A stretch of DNA of 64,000 nucleotides. It comes from Deltaproteobacteria bacterium (GTDB lineage Bacteria > Myxococcota > Kuafuiibacteriia > Kuafuiibacteriales > Kuafuiibacteriaceae). The notes under the pieces are model-generated. The model made no database searches. It saw only the letters and a program-made list of their open reading frames with translations, and was not told the origin of the DNA. The translations under genes were made by a program, and so were the position numbers. Shown in pieces: positions 51,288 through 62,001 of the stretch. The stretch covers positions 292,768 to 356,767 of the forward strand of contig JAVJQW010000061.1 in assembly GCA_040218735.1 (NCBI GenBank). Direction: 5' to 3'. The stretch's first letter is position 1. The number at the start of each line of letters is the position of its first letter.

Positions 51288-53384
51288 CTATAGGCGCCCT
51301 TGAGCCTTCGCAAGCACCTCCTCCGCAATGTGCGAAGGTACGGGGTTGTAGAATCCAAACTTCATCGAGAACGTGGCGCGCCCCTGCGTACGCGAGCGGA
51401 GATCCGTCGCGTAGCCGAACATCGTCGAAAGGGGCACGTCCGCCCTCACCACCTGAATCCCCCCACGGGGATCCATGCCCGACACCTTTCCGCGTCGAGC
51501 GTTGAGATCGCCGATCACATCGCCGCAATAGTCATCGGGCGTCGTGATCTCGACCAGCATCACCGGCTCGAGCAGGATCGCGGCGGCCTTCTTTACGGCC
51601 TCCTTGAATCCCATCGAGCCCGCGACCTTGAACGCAAGCTCCGAAGAGTCCACTTCGTGGTAGCTGCCGTCGAGCAGCGTTGCGCGAACGTCCACCACCG
51701 GGAAGTGGGCGAGCACGCCTTCGGATGCCGCCTCCTCCAAGCCGCGCTGGACGGCCGGGATGAACTCTTTCGGAATGGCGCCACCGGTGACCTTGCTCTC
51801 GAAGGTGATCCCTTCGCCGCGCTCGCCCGGCTCGATCTCCAGGACGACGTGCGCGAACTGACCACGACCACCGGACTGCCGCACGAAGCGGTGCTCGACC
51901 TTGGTCTTCTTGGTCACCGTCTCTCGGTAGGCCACCTGCGGCCGACCGATGTTGGCATCGACCTTCCACTCCCGACGGAGGCGGTCGACGATGATCTCGA
52001 GGTGCAGCTCGCCCATACCCGCGATGAGCGTCTGCCCCGTCTCCTCGTCCGTCTTCACGGAGAACGACGGGTCCTCCATCGCGAGCTTCGCGAGGGACGC
52101 GGAGAGCTTCTCCTGGTCCGCCTTCGTCTTCGGCTCGATCGCGATGGTGATGACGGGCTTCGGAATCTCGATCGACTCGAGCAGCACCGGGTTGTCGTTG
52201 GTGCAGAGCGTGTCGCCCGTCGTCGTGTACTTGAGGCCGACCACCGCGACGATCGCGCCGGCCGAGACCTCGGTGAGGTCCTCGCGCTTGTTCGCGTGCA
52301 TGCGGAGGATGCGACCGATGCGCTCCTTCTTGCCCTTGCTCGCGTTGTACAGCGCCGTCCCCGCCTCGAGCTTGCCCGAGTAGATGCGGAGGTAGGTCAG
52401 GTTGCCGACGTGCTGGTCGGCCATGATCTTGAACGCCAGGGCGACGAACGGGCCCTTGGGATCCGGCTCGATGAGGACCGTCTCGTCCTCGCGACCCACG
52501 CGGTCGGCCTCGAGCTTCTTCACCTCGACCGGCGACGGGAGGTAGTCGACCGTCGCGTCGAGGAGCGGCTGCACGCCCTTGTTCTTGAAGGCGGAGCCAC
52601 AGAGGACGGGGAACGCCTTGAGCTGCAGACACGCGGCACGCACCGCGCGGCGGAGCTCGTCCGGGGTGACCTTTTCACCCTCGAGGTACTTGCGCTCGAC
52701 CTCTTCGTCACACTCCGCGACGACGTCGAACAGCGCATCACGCGCCGCTGTCACCTCGTCCTCGCGGTCGGCCGGGATGGCCTCGACGTGGAACTTCGCG
52801 CCGAGGGTCTCGGCGTCCCAGATGATCTGCTTCTCCTCGATGAGGTCGATGACGCCCTTGAGCTGGTCCTCGGCCCCGATCGGGAGCTGCACCGGCACCG
52901 GCACCGCGCCGAGCCGCTTGCGGATGGAGTCGACCGCCTTGTCGAAGTCGGCGCCCGTCTTGTCCATCTTGTTGATGAAGCAGATCCGCGGAACGCTGTA
53001 CTTGTCGGCCTGACGCCACACCGTCTCCGACTGCGGCTCGACCCCGCTCACCGCATCGAACACCGCGACCGCGCCGTCGAGCACGCGCAGCGACCGCTCC
53101 ACCTCGATGGTGAAGTCGACGTGGCCGGGCGTGTCGATGATGTTGATCCGGTGGTCACGCCAGGAACACGCCGTCGCGGCGCTCGTGATCGTGATGCCGC
53201 GCTCCTGCTCCTGAACCATCCAGTCCATCGTCGCCGCGCCGTCATGGACCTCGCCCATGCGGTGCTCCACACCCGTGTAGAACAGGATCCGCTCGGTCGT
53301 GGTCGTCTTACCGGCATCGATGTGCGCCATGATGCCGATGTTCCGAACGCGTGCGAGCGGAATCGCTTGTGCTGCGGCAGCCAT
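51288..53384 (-). CDS. fusA: Elongation factor G
   Basis: AHIDAGKTT; RGITI; DTPGHVDF; GMGELHL. Confidence 0.98.
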   Translation of the reverse strand: MAAAAQAIPLARVRNIGIMAHIDAGKTTTTERILFYTGVEHRMGEVHDGAATMDWMVQEQERGITITSAATACSWRDHRINIIDTPGHVDFTIEVERSLRVLDGAVAVFDAVSGVEPQSETVWRQADKYSVPRICFINKMDKTGADFDKAVDSIRKRLGAVPVPVQLPIGAEDQLKGVIDLIEEKQIIWDAETLGAKFHVEAIPADREDEVTAARDALFDVVAECDEEVERKYLEGEKVTPDELRRAVRAACLQLKAFPVLCGSAFKNKGVQPLLDATVDYLPSPVEVKKLEADRVGREDETVLIEPDPKGPFVALAFKIMADQHVGNLTYLRIYSGKLEAGTALYNASKGKKERIGRILRMHANKREDLTEVSAGAIVAVVGLKYTTTGDTLCTNDNPVLLESIEIPKPVITIAIEPKTKADQEKLSASLAKLAMEDPSFSVKTDEETGQTLIAGMGELHLEIIVDRLRREWKVDANIGRPQVAYRETVTKKTKVEHRFVRQSGGRGQFAHVVLEIEPGERGEGITFESKVTGGAIPKEFIPAVQRGLEEAASEGVLAHFPVVDVRATLLDGSYHEVDSSELAFKVAGSMGFKEAVKKAAAILLEPVMLVEITTPDDYCGDVIGDLNARRGKVSGMDPRGGIQVVRADVPLSTMFGYATDLRSRTQGRATFSMKFGFYNPVPSHIAEEVLAKAQGRL

Positions 53385-53434
53385 GACGTTCTCGAGGGGT
53401 CGACTAGGGTCCTTTTCGGTTCAGGGGGTTCGAG

Positions 53435-53908
53435 CTACCAGCGGAAGTGCGCGAACGCCTTGTTCGCGTCCGCCATCTTGTGCGTCTCTTCGCGCTTCTT
53501 CACCGCGGCGCCACGGCCAGCGGCGGCGTCGAGGATCTCGCCCGCGAGCTTCTCGCGCATCGTCTTCTCACCGCGCTTCTCGCTGTAGGTGATGAGCCAG
53601 CGCATCCCGAGCGACGTGCGGCGCTCCGGCCGAACCTCGATCGGGACCTGGAAGGTCGCACCACCGACGCGCCGAGACTTCACCTCGATGCGCGGCTTCA
53701 CGTTCTCCAGGGCCTTCTTGAAGACCTGGAGCGGGTCGTCGTCCGTGTTCTTGTTCGCGACGATGTCGAACGCGCCGTAGCAAATGCGCTCGGCGGTCGA
53801 CTTCTTGCCGTCGCTCATGATCGCGTTGATGAACTTCGTCACCAGACGATCGTGGTACTTGGGATCCGGGAGCAGCTTCCGCTTGGGAGCTTCGCGACGC
53901 CGTGCCAT
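53435..53908 (-). CDS. rpsG: 30S ribosomal protein S7
   Basis: RRVGGA..QVP; [13 protein letters not shown]. Confidence 0.98.
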   Translation of the reverse strand: MARRREAPKRKLLPDPKYHDRLVTKFINAIMSDGKKSTAERICYGAFDIVANKNTDDDPLQVFKKALENVKPRIEVKSRRVGGATFQVPIEVRPERRTSLGMRWLITYSEKRGEKTMREKLAGEILDAAAGRGAAVKKREETHKMADANKAFAHFRW

Positions 53909-53912
53909 CTGA

Positions 53913-54308
53913 CTACCTCGCCTTCTTCACGCCGTACTTGGAGCGGCCCTTGTTGCGCTTGAGCTTGTTCGTGTTCGACGGGCCCTCGCCCGCCGACGCG
54001 TCCAGCGCGCCACGCACGATGTGGTAGCGGACACCCGGGAGGTCCTTCACACGACCTCCGCGCACCAGGACCACCGAGTGCTCCTGGAGGTTGTGCCCCT
54101 CGCCGCCGATGTACGCCGTCACTTCGATGGCGTTCGTCAGACGAACACGCGCCACCTTGCGGAGCGCCGAGTTCGGCTTCTTGGGCGTGGCGGTATAGAC
54201 ACGCACGCAAACGCCACGGCGCTGCGGGCAGTTCTTGAGCGCCGGGCTCTTGGTCTTGACCTTCGGCTCGTTCCGGGCGTTCCGAATCAGCTGGTTGATC
54301 GTCGGCAT
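53913..54308 (-). CDS. rpsL: 30S ribosomal protein S12
   Basis: MPTINQL; [10 protein letters not shown]; [10 protein letters not shown]. Confidence 0.98.
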   Translation of the reverse strand: MPTINQLIRNARNEPKVKTKSPALKNCPQRRGVCVRVYTATPKKPNSALRKVARVRLTNAIEVTAYIGGEGHNLQEHSVVLVRGGRVKDLPGVRYHIVRGALDASAGEGPSNTNKLKRNKGRSKYGVKKAR

Positions 54309-54801
54309 CCGCTCAACTCCAAGACCGACGGCCTCACGCGCCCTCCTCGACGAGAAGAGATACGTATCCGTCGATCCGTTCGCGCCCCCTCGCCTCGTCC
54401 TTACGAGGCCTACGAGGGCTCGATGGTTCTTCGTTTCAGGTGTGTTGGTGACTCTTCGGGAGTACGTTTCGTCAGCCGCGGGGGGTCACGGTCGTGACCG
54501 AGCCGCTTTGGCTACCGCCTCAGGTATAACTGCGCGCACGCTTTGCACCTGGGGTCGGTTCGAGTGTCTCGTCCGGCTGAGGGTTCTGAAGTGACGATCA
54601 TTTCCCCACGCGCTTCAGGGCGAAGCTCGCGAAGACGATATCCGTCCGGATCGAATCCTCAGTGTGTCGCCAGCACCTCCTTTGCACCTCGAAAACGATC
54701 CCGATCCCGTTGTGGGTCGGTCACGTACCCGCGGTGGAAGCGCGCATAAATCAAAAGTCGGCGGGCGGGTCAAGGCCCAATCGACACCGACCTTCGGTTT
54801 G

Positions 54802-56001
54802 TCACCGCCGCCGTCGTCCGGCGAGGCAGAGCCCCACCACGACCGCGAAGATCCCCGCCCCACCGAGGCCCTCGGCGGGCATCGCGACACACGTGCAGCC
54901 GTCGTCGCGGAGGCTCCCGCCGCCGCCTCCCCCGCCGCCGGATCCACCGGAGCCGGTGCCCGCGTCGACGAAGCCGGCGTCCACGGGCGCTGGTCCCCCA
55001 TCGCGGGGCGGCGGCGCCGTCCCGAAGTCCGGGGGGAGGATGCCGGGCACGTCGCACCAAGTACGGGTGCCGTCGGCGCAGGCGGCCTGCATCCGGTCGT
55101 CGATCCAGTCGAGGTAGGCGTCCACCCGTGTGTCGATGCCCCCCTTGGCGCAGTCGCTCTGGTCGTAGGCGTGGGACGTGATGCCGACGACCCGGCGCCC
55201 CGGCCACATCCCCGAGGTGACGTGCATGTAACTCGGGCCCCCGGAGTCGCCGTGGCACTTGCGGGACGTCGTCTGGTCCCCGCCGACCTGGAATTCGTGG
55301 GGCCCGACCTCGTTGATGAAGGACTCGGCGCAGTGTTTGGCGCCGACGGTGCCGGCGGGGGGCGGCATGAAGATGTTGCCGCCCTCCATGGTCTGCTGGC
55401 CCCAACCCGCGATCGCGACCTCGGCCCCCGTGACGAGCTCCGCGGCCTCGTCGGCGGTGATCACGATCTCCGGGTCCACGTCCATGAGCGGGCGCGACAG
55501 GAACATCAGGCCCACGTCGTCGAACTTGCCCGGGCCGTTCACCATCGCCGTCGACTCGAGGTCGAAGCCCTCGTGGAAGACCACCGCGGTGGCCTCGATG
55601 GCGTCGGCCGGGAACGTCATGCTCTGACCGGAGGCGAGCCCGGTCAGGTCGGGCTCGAACGTCACCGAGTAGACGAAGTCGCGCGGCGTCCCGAACCCGC
55701 CGGCGATCGCGGTGGGATCGATGCAGTGGGCCGCGGTGAGGACCACGTCGGGCGCGATGAGCGTCCCCGTACAGACGACGGTCTTCACCGGGAAGCTGCC
55801 GAAGCCGCCGAGGTCGATCTCCCCCTCGGCCAGGAGGGCGACGCTGGTCGGCTCGTCCGCGATCGTGCAGGCGGCGCCGTTGATGATGCCGGCCCGGGTT
55901 GATGCGACGGCCCGGGTTGATTCGACGGATCGGCTGGACTCGACCGGGGCCTGTTCGACGCAGGCGGTCAGGAGTAGCGGGACCAGGAAGAGTCTACGCA
56001 T
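54802..56001 (-). CDS. Trypsin-like S1 serine protease with lipobox and MYXO-CTERM
   Basis: IINGA, LTAAHC, DDVGL, GDSGGP; LTA-C; GCTC...GRRRR. Confidence 0.85.
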   Translation of the reverse strand: MRRLFLVPLLLTACVEQAPVESSRSVESTRAVASTRAGIINGAACTIADEPTSVALLAEGEIDLGGFGSFPVKTVVCTGTLIAPDVVLTAAHCIDPTAIAGGFGTPRDFVYSVTFEPDLTGLASGQSMTFPADAIEATAVVFHEGFDLESTAMVNGPGKFDDVGLMFLSRPLMDVDPEIVITADEAAELVTGAEVAIAGWGQQTMEGGNIFMPPPAGTVGAKHCAESFINEVGPHEFQVGGDQTTSRKCHGDSGGPSYMHVTSGMWPGRRVVGITSHAYDQSDCAKGGIDTRVDAYLDWIDDRMQAACADGTRTWCDVPGILPPDFGTAPPPRDGGPAPVDAGFVDAGTGSGGSGGGGGGGGSLRDDGCTCVAMPAEGLGGAGIFAVVVGLCLAGRRRR

Positions 56002-56070
56002 GGCGGGCGGCATGTTGCCCGCCCGGGTTGCGACGCCGAAATCGGAGACTCGTCCGAGGTCACAGACGCC

Positions 56071-57561
56071 CTACGGCGCCCTCTTGTAATGAACACACCC
56101 GTGGAGGGCCGCCGGCCTGAAGTTGCAGTGCTGAACCCAGCTCGCCGTGAGCTCGTCGACCTCCACCTCACCGCCCACAGCCACCGTCGTGGTCACGATT
56201 GTGTCGATGGTGAACGCGCCCGACAGCATGTTGCATCCCCGACCATCGCCCGAGACGTCGAGACCAGGGTGCCCCGGATCGGCGAAGGATGCTCGCATCG
56301 CGTCGGTGTATTGGCCGGGGGCGAGCTCGACGCCGAGCTGGTTCGTTCCCAGCGTGACGTTCCACCACAGTCCCTGTCCGTCGTCGGTCGGATCCACCGA
56401 GAACCTCAGGAAGTCACAGGCGGTGCCCGTCGAGGTCGACACCCTGCAGCGACCGCTGAAGTCGGCCGACGTAATCTCGACGAAGCCAGGGTGGATCGGG
56501 TCCGTGTTGTCGGGGTCCGGTGGATCACTATTGTCGATGTCGCCCCTCAGAATGAATGTATTGACGGCGCCGTTGCGGCACCGCTCCGTGGAGATCGAAC
56601 CCGCCTCCTCTTCGACCACGACCCGAACGGAATCGGCGGCGCTGTAGAAGCCATCCGATACGGTCACCCTCGCCTCGAACACCCCGACCAGGTCCGGTGT
56701 GAAGGCCGGGCTCGCGACGGTCGGGTCCACGAAGGCGGCCTGGCTCCCCGGAGGGATCACCGCGAACGTCCAATCGAAGGTCAACGGATCGCCGTCGACG
56801 TCCGAAGCCGTCGCCTGGAGGCGTACGACGTTCCCCGGGCCCGTGACGAGATCGAGCCCCGCGTCCACGGTCGGCGGCGTGGCGGAGACCGCGTACCCCA
56901 CGCGAACCGAATCCGGATCGCTCGACAGCTCGCCGTCGCTCACCACCAGCGAGAGTTCGTAAAAGCCCGGGATGTCCGGCGTGAACATCGGCTCGGGGCT
57001 TTGGGGATCATCGAGCGCGACCTGGCTGCGGTCTGGCCGCAGCACGAATTCCCACCGGTACGTGAGGGGGTCCTGGTCGGGGTCCGAGCTCCCGCGCCCG
57101 CTGAGGTGAGCCAGTGCGCCCTCCGGCACGAGGAAGTTTTCGCCGGCATCCGCCGTCGGGGCGAAGTTGCGCGCCGTGATGACGGTGGTGGCCTCCGACG
57201 CGAGCTCACCATCGCTGACGACGAGCTTCGCGGTGTACTCACCTTCGACGTCCGAAATGAACGCAGCCGTGTCGTCCATGACCTCCAGCGTCGCGGCGCT
57301 CCCGCTCGGAGCGTCGAGCGCCCAGCTGAACGTCAACGGCTCGTCGTTCGGGTCGGCGCTCATCGAGCCGTCGAGCTCGACGCGCGCGTTGCGAGGTACG
57401 CCGACCAGCCCCCGAAGGACCGCGACGGGCGCCGCGTTGCAGCTGTCGAGCGCGACGTCGAGGCGAACCCGAGGGCCGGCCTCGGTACCTTCCCCACATG
57501 GCCGACGGCCGCACCCAACCAGCACGGACGTAGCCACGACGACGATGGGGAGCAGCCGCAT
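56071..57561 (-). CDS. PKD/K319L-like Ig-repeat lipoprotein
   Basis: LVG-C; three repeats of the type (A)DAG...S.DP..DPLT(F/Y).W...VSDG. Confidence 0.7.
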   Translation of the reverse strand: MRLLPIVVVATSVLVGCGRRPCGEGTEAGPRVRLDVALDSCNAAPVAVLRGLVGVPRNARVELDGSMSADPNDEPLTFSWALDAPSGSAATLEVMDDTAAFISDVEGEYTAKLVVSDGELASEATTVITARNFAPTADAGENFLVPEGALAHLSGRGSSDPDQDPLTYRWEFVLRPDRSQVALDDPQSPEPMFTPDIPGFYELSLVVSDGELSSDPDSVRVGYAVSATPPTVDAGLDLVTGPGNVVRLQATASDVDGDPLTFDWTFAVIPPGSQAAFVDPTVASPAFTPDLVGVFEARVTVSDGFYSAADSVRVVVEEEAGSISTERCRNGAVNTFILRGDIDNSDPPDPDNTDPIHPGFVEITSADFSGRCRVSTSTGTACDFLRFSVDPTDDGQGLWWNVTLGTNQLGVELAPGQYTDAMRASFADPGHPGLDVSGDGRGCNMLSGAFTIDTIVTTTVAVGGEVEVDELTASWVQHCNFRPAALHGCVHYKRAP

Positions 57562-57632
57562 TCCATCAAGAAACCACACAACCGAAGTCGAGGACATAGC
57601 TGACGCCTTGGGTCCGTGAAATACTCGGACGC

Positions 57633-58508
57633 GTGAACGAACACGCTCCGTGGGCGGGTGTCGTGCTGCTCTCGGTCTGCTTCACCACGGCGACCCCGGC
57701 CCACGCGCAGAGTGACAAGCCCAAGGCCCCGCCGCGTCCCGCGGTGGGATGGTCGACCGAGCTGTTGGATCCGATCGGTCTGACGCGCCTCCATCTGACT
57801 TCGCGGGCCGTGTTTGCGAACAAGACGGGCTACGCGGTGGAGGGCAAGGTGCAGTTTCGTCTGACCGACGGGATGGCGCTCTCAGCGACGCTCCCGTTTG
57901 CGATCGACGCGTCCGACGGCACGGTGGGGAACATCACGGCGGGGTTCACGTGGGCCGGGACCTCGGGCGATCACGCCGAGGGCTTCGACTTCGGCGGAGG
58001 CCTCGACGTGTACCTGCCCGTCGCCGGCAAGAACGTGGGCAACGGGCTGGTCGCCGCGCTTCGTGCGTACGAGCCCATGCTCTACGTGCCGGACCTGTTC
58101 TCGTTCCGCGCGCGCGGCTATGCGGCGTACCGGACGCCCCGGTTCTTCGCGGCCGCCGAGCTCGGCTTGGTGCCGGCGTTCTACCTCGAAGGCGGAGGCG
58201 GGACCGCGATCCTGCTCTCGGCCGCCGGCCGCGTCGGCGCGACGCTGGGATCCGTCGAGCCCTATCTGGAGGTTGCTGCGACGCCCCAGATCGCGGGCGA
58301 CGGGGAGATTGCCCCGCCGCTGCTCGTCACGCCCGGCGTGCGCTTCCACATCGCGGACATCTTCGACCCGGCGCTGTTCGTGTCGTTCAACTTCGTCGAG
58401 GCGTCGGCGATCATCGTGGGGCTCGATCTCGCGCTCGCGTTCCGCCCGGGTGAGAAGGACCGGCTCGAAAAGTCCTACGAGGACGACTTCCTCGACGGCG
58501 GCTTCTGA
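57633..58508 (+). CDS. Hypothetical secreted, possible outer-membrane beta-barrel protein
   Basis: Signal peptide AHA; amphipathic strand-like segments. Confidence 0.45.
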   Translation: MNEHAPWAGVVLLSVCFTTATPAHAQSDKPKAPPRPAVGWSTELLDPIGLTRLHLTSRAVFANKTGYAVEGKVQFRLTDGMALSATLPFAIDASDGTVGNITAGFTWAGTSGDHAEGFDFGGGLDVYLPVAGKNVGNGLVAALRAYEPMLYVPDLFSFRARGYAAYRTPRFFAAAELGLVPAFYLEGGGGTAILLSAAGRVGATLGSVEPYLEVAATPQIAGDGEIAPPLLVTPGVRFHIADIFDPALFVSFNFVEASAIIVGLDLALAFRPGEKDRLEKSYEDDFLDGGF

Positions 58509-58617
58509 GCCGCGTCCGATTTTCGAACACCGAGCGTCGGACGAACGGACGTTTCGGACTTCGTAGGTCCGCCGCGGTGCGGCTACGCCTGGCACGGCGC
58601 GTGGAGTCGTGCGCGCC

Positions 58618-59694
58618 GTGGCGACCAAGCCCCATGACCACCTCTTCCGGTACGTGTTCGGTCTGCCCGAGTACGCGGCTGCCGTGATGGAGGCGTTCCT
58701 CCCGGAGCACCTCGCGCGGCGGCTCGACCTGTCTCGCCTGACGCTGCTGGATCCGTCGCTGATCGACGCGGAGCTGAAGAAGACGATCGGCGACTTCGTC
58801 TACGCGGTCCCGATGACGGCCGAGGGATCGTCCGTGGTCGTCTGGCTGCTCCACGAGCACCAGTCGACCTCGCCGCGGCGGATGGCGCTGCGCCTGCTGA
58901 GGTACATGGTGCGGCTGTGGACGTTCGCGAAGGTGGGGGAGCACCTGCCGCTGATCGTGCCCGTCGTGTTGAGCAATGCGCTTCGGCCGTGGCGGGCGCC
59001 GCGGCGGTTCTCGGAGCTGTACGGCCTGAGCGAGGAGACTTGGGCGCCGTTCGCTCGGTCCGCCGTGGACTTCGAGTACGTGGTCGCGGACCTCGCGGCC
59101 GCCAGCGAGGAAGCCATCGCGGCGCGCGTGCCCTTACCGTTCCTGCGGCTGGTGCTGTGGTCGCTGCGTGCGCGGGGCTCCCCAGCGACCGAGCGCGACG
59201 CCGCGTGGATCGCGATGTTCCGGGCGCTTCGGCCGCTGGAGAAGCAGGATCCACTGCGCGCGTTGGTGCGTTATCATTTGAGCATGACGAAGGGCGCCGC
59301 CTCGAGGATCATCGAGGCGGCGGCCGAAGCCGACCGGGAGGTCGAGATGACCGCGATGAGCTTGTACGACCGCCTCGTCGAGCGAGGCCGAGAAGAAGGG
59401 CGCGAGCAGGGCCTGCGGGCGGGACGTGAGGAAGGCCGCGAGCAAGGCCTCGAAGCCGGACGTGAGGAAGGCCGCGAGCAAGGCCGCGAGCAAGGCCTCG
59501 TAGCCGGACGCGAGGAAGCCCGCGAGGAAGCCCGCCGCGGCGTCGCCGCCACGCTGCGACAACTCCTCACGCTGCGGTTCGGCCCCCTCGACGCCGCCGC
59601 GCTCGAGCGCATCGACGCCGCGCCCCTGTCGACCCTCGAGCGTTGGACGCTCCGCGTCCTCACCGCCGAGCGCCTCGACGACGTCTTCAGCTAG
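58618..59694 (+). CDS. Rpn/YhgA-family (Transposase_31) PD-(D/E)XK nuclease
   Basis: PHD.LF; GDFVYAV; HEHQS; MALRLLRY; C-terminal GREEG repeats and L..RFG. Confidence 0.85.
   Translation: MATKPHDHLFRYVFGLPEYAAAVMEAFLPEHLARRLDLSRLTLLDPSLIDAELKKTIGDFVYAVPMTAEGSSVVVWLLHEHQSTSPRRMALRLLRYMVRLWTFAKVGEHLPLIVPVVLSNALRPWRAPRRFSELYGLSEETWAPFARSAVDFEYVVADLAAASEEAIAARVPLPFLRLVLWSLRARGSPATERDAAWIAMFRALRPLEKQDPLRALVRYHLSMTKGAASRIIEAAAEADREVEMTAMSLYDRLVERGREEGREQGLRAGREEGREQGLEAGREEGREQGREQGLVAGREEAREEARRGVAATLRQLLTLRFGPLDAAALERIDAAPLSTLERWTLRVLTAERLDDVFS
59384..59531 (+). repeat. Intragenic 12-bp repeats encoding GREE/GREQ/GLxA
   Basis: GGCCGCGAGCAA / GGACGTGAGGAA units. Confidence 0.8.
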
Positions 59695-59769
59695 GCTGGG
59701 GCCCGGCGCGGAGCGGCGGGTCCGCAGACTGTGCCGAGCGCTCCCGCGGAGCGGGCGTGCGTCAACGGC

Positions 59770-61866
59770 CTAGCGCACCACGCCGAGCGGCGTCCCCTCG
59801 GGCGCGAACGCGATCAGCACGTCGTCGTCCGTCGTCACCCCCAAATCCGTCCGCGCCTGCGGGGACAGATCGATCACCCGCCCCGTTCGAGTGTGCGGGC
59901 CCCAGTCCACGGCGCGCGCGACGAGCGTCGCCCCCGTCGACGGGTTCATCACCACGAAGCGCTGCCGGCGCCAGAACGAGACGCTATTCGGCGAGTACGC
60001 CCACCGCATCGCGACGAAGTAGTAGTCCTCCGGCCGCGACGAAAGCGTGCTCGCGCTCGGGTTCGTCGGGCTGTTGAGGCTGCGCAAGCGCTCGCCCGTG
60101 ATCGCGCCGGTCTCCGTCGACGACACCCCGCTGTCGTTCGGCCCGCCGAACCAGCTCATCCGGCCCCGCACCCACGACAACCCCTGATGCGTCATGACGG
60201 TGCCGAGCGGCTCGGTCGCGACGCCGAGCGTCGCATTCAGCGTCGGGTTCGCCAGCCCCTGCCGCGGGATCTGCGATCCGCCGAGCGTGAGGCCGGCGTG
60301 CGGCATCGTCGACATCGGCGGAGCGCCCTGCCCCCCGCAACCCTGCGCGCCGGTCCCCTCCTCGCAGGTGCACGTCCCGCAGCCGTTCGTTCGTGTGCGC
60401 CACGCCCCGTCGCAGCACTGGTAACTCGTCGAGCACGCGAGGTGCCCGTAGACGCCACCGAAGCTGTGCGCGCAGCTCTGCCCGGACGGCGGCGGCGGGG
60501 GCGGCGCGTTGCACCCCGACTGCCCGCTCGTCTCCGTGCACGCGCACGTCCCGCAGCCGCCCGCCTGCGTTCGCCACGTGCCATCGCAACACTGGTAGTC
60601 CGCCGAGCAGCCGAGGTGCCCGTACACACCGCCGAAGCTGTGCGTGCAGCTGGCCCCCGTCGAAGGCGGCGTGGGCGGCGGGGCCGGGGGCGGCGTCGGC
60701 GCCGAGCATCCGGTCTGACCGCTCGTCTCCGTGCAGACACAGGCGCCGCACCCGCTGCTCTGCGTTCGCCACGTACCGCCGCAGCACTGGTAGTCCGCCG
60801 AGCACGCGCCGTCGGCGTACTGCCCGCCGAAGCTGTGGGTGCAACTGCCCCCCGACGGCGGCGGCGTTCCTCCACCCGCGCCACCGCGGAGGGCCTGGGC
60901 GTCACTGACGATCGAGGCCATGCGCGGGTACAGGCGGCTCCCCGGGCAGTCGGTGCTGGAGTACTCGCGGTGCCCCTTGATCGCCGACCTCGTCAGATCG
61001 ATCCCGTAGATCGACGACAGGCGCTCCACCAGCCGCGCCGTGCTCGCCAACATCGCGGCCGGGGGCGTCAGGTTGTGGAAGTTGCCGATGTGCGAGATCC
61101 CGATGTTGCCGGTGTTGTTGTTCGCCGCGTGGACCCCTCGGCGCGACAGCTCGCGGCCTTCGTAAATCGTGCCGTCGACATCGATCAGGAAGTGGTACCC
61201 GACGTCGCACCAGCCCTTGTTCGCGTGGAACGCCTGGATCCCGCGGAGCTGTCGGGTCGGATCCGAAGACGCCCCCTCGGTGTGGTGAATCGCCATCCGA
61301 TACTTGCTGGGGTTCGACGCCATGCTGCACCGGGGCGACGCCGCCCCCCACTGCGCGCGTGTCACGATCGACAGCCCGGACAGCTCCGCGCGCAGACCGC
61401 TCGCCGTCGTCTCGATCGCGGGCTCGGGCACCTCCGTCGGCGGGACCACCGAAGCCCAGCGCAACGTCGACACCACCTCGAGGGACGCCCGCGAAAAGCG
61501 CAGATCGACGGCATCGGCGTCCGCGAGATCGATGCGCACCACGTGCTGATCCCGTTCGCTCCACACGACCTCGAGCGGCGCCCACGATCCGATCGCGACG
61601 CCGTCGAGCCGCGCCCGCGCCTCGAAGCGTGGCGCCTCACCCGGCGCGCCGAGCGCGACGAGCGCCACCACCCGCTGCGGCCCCTCCGCCTCCAGCTCCG
61701 CCGCGAGCGTCACGTAGTCGCCATCGACGTGCGTCGCGAGCGTCTCCGCCGAGAGCATGCGGTCGGCGCCGTCCCCGACGTCCGACAGATCCCGGCCCTC
61801 CGGCACACACGCCGCCAGCGCCATCACCATCCACGTCCCGAGCATTCGCGCGATCGATCGTCCCAT
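59770..61866 (-). CDS. Lipoprotein: PGRP-like amidase_2 domain, three Cys-rich repeats, C-terminal RlpA/DPBB-like domain
   Basis: LAA-C; TRAQWGA, IHHT, DVGYHF, GHRE...DCPG; VDWGP...RVIDLS. Confidence 0.8.
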   Translation of the reverse strand: MGRSIARMLGTWMVMALAACVPEGRDLSDVGDGADRMLSAETLATHVDGDYVTLAAELEAEGPQRVVALVALGAPGEAPRFEARARLDGVAIGSWAPLEVVWSERDQHVVRIDLADADAVDLRFSRASLEVVSTLRWASVVPPTEVPEPAIETTASGLRAELSGLSIVTRAQWGAASPRCSMASNPSKYRMAIHHTEGASSDPTRQLRGIQAFHANKGWCDVGYHFLIDVDGTIYEGRELSRRGVHAANNNTGNIGISHIGNFHNLTPPAAMLASTARLVERLSSIYGIDLTRSAIKGHREYSSTDCPGSRLYPRMASIVSDAQALRGGAGGGTPPPSGGSCTHSFGGQYADGACSADYQCCGGTWRTQSSGCGACVCTETSGQTGCSAPTPPPAPPPTPPSTGASCTHSFGGVYGHLGCSADYQCCDGTWRTQAGGCGTCACTETSGQSGCNAPPPPPPSGQSCAHSFGGVYGHLACSTSYQCCDGAWRTRTNGCGTCTCEEGTGAQGCGGQGAPPMSTMPHAGLTLGGSQIPRQGLANPTLNATLGVATEPLGTVMTHQGLSWVRGRMSWFGGPNDSGVSSTETGAITGERLRSLNSPTNPSASTLSSRPEDYYFVAMRWAYSPNSVSFWRRQRFVVMNPSTGATLVARAVDWGPHTRTGRVIDLSPQARTDLGVTTDDDVLIAFAPEGTPLGVVR

Positions 61867-62001
61867 CGCGTCCACCCTGACCAAACCTGACGGCAGCGCC
61901 CTTCCAGCCGCCTACGTATGTGGACTCGATGATCCATGTGTGCCGACCGACGGTCCGTACAGACGTTGTGAAAACCTCGGTCGAGGTCGCACCATGGCGT
62001 C

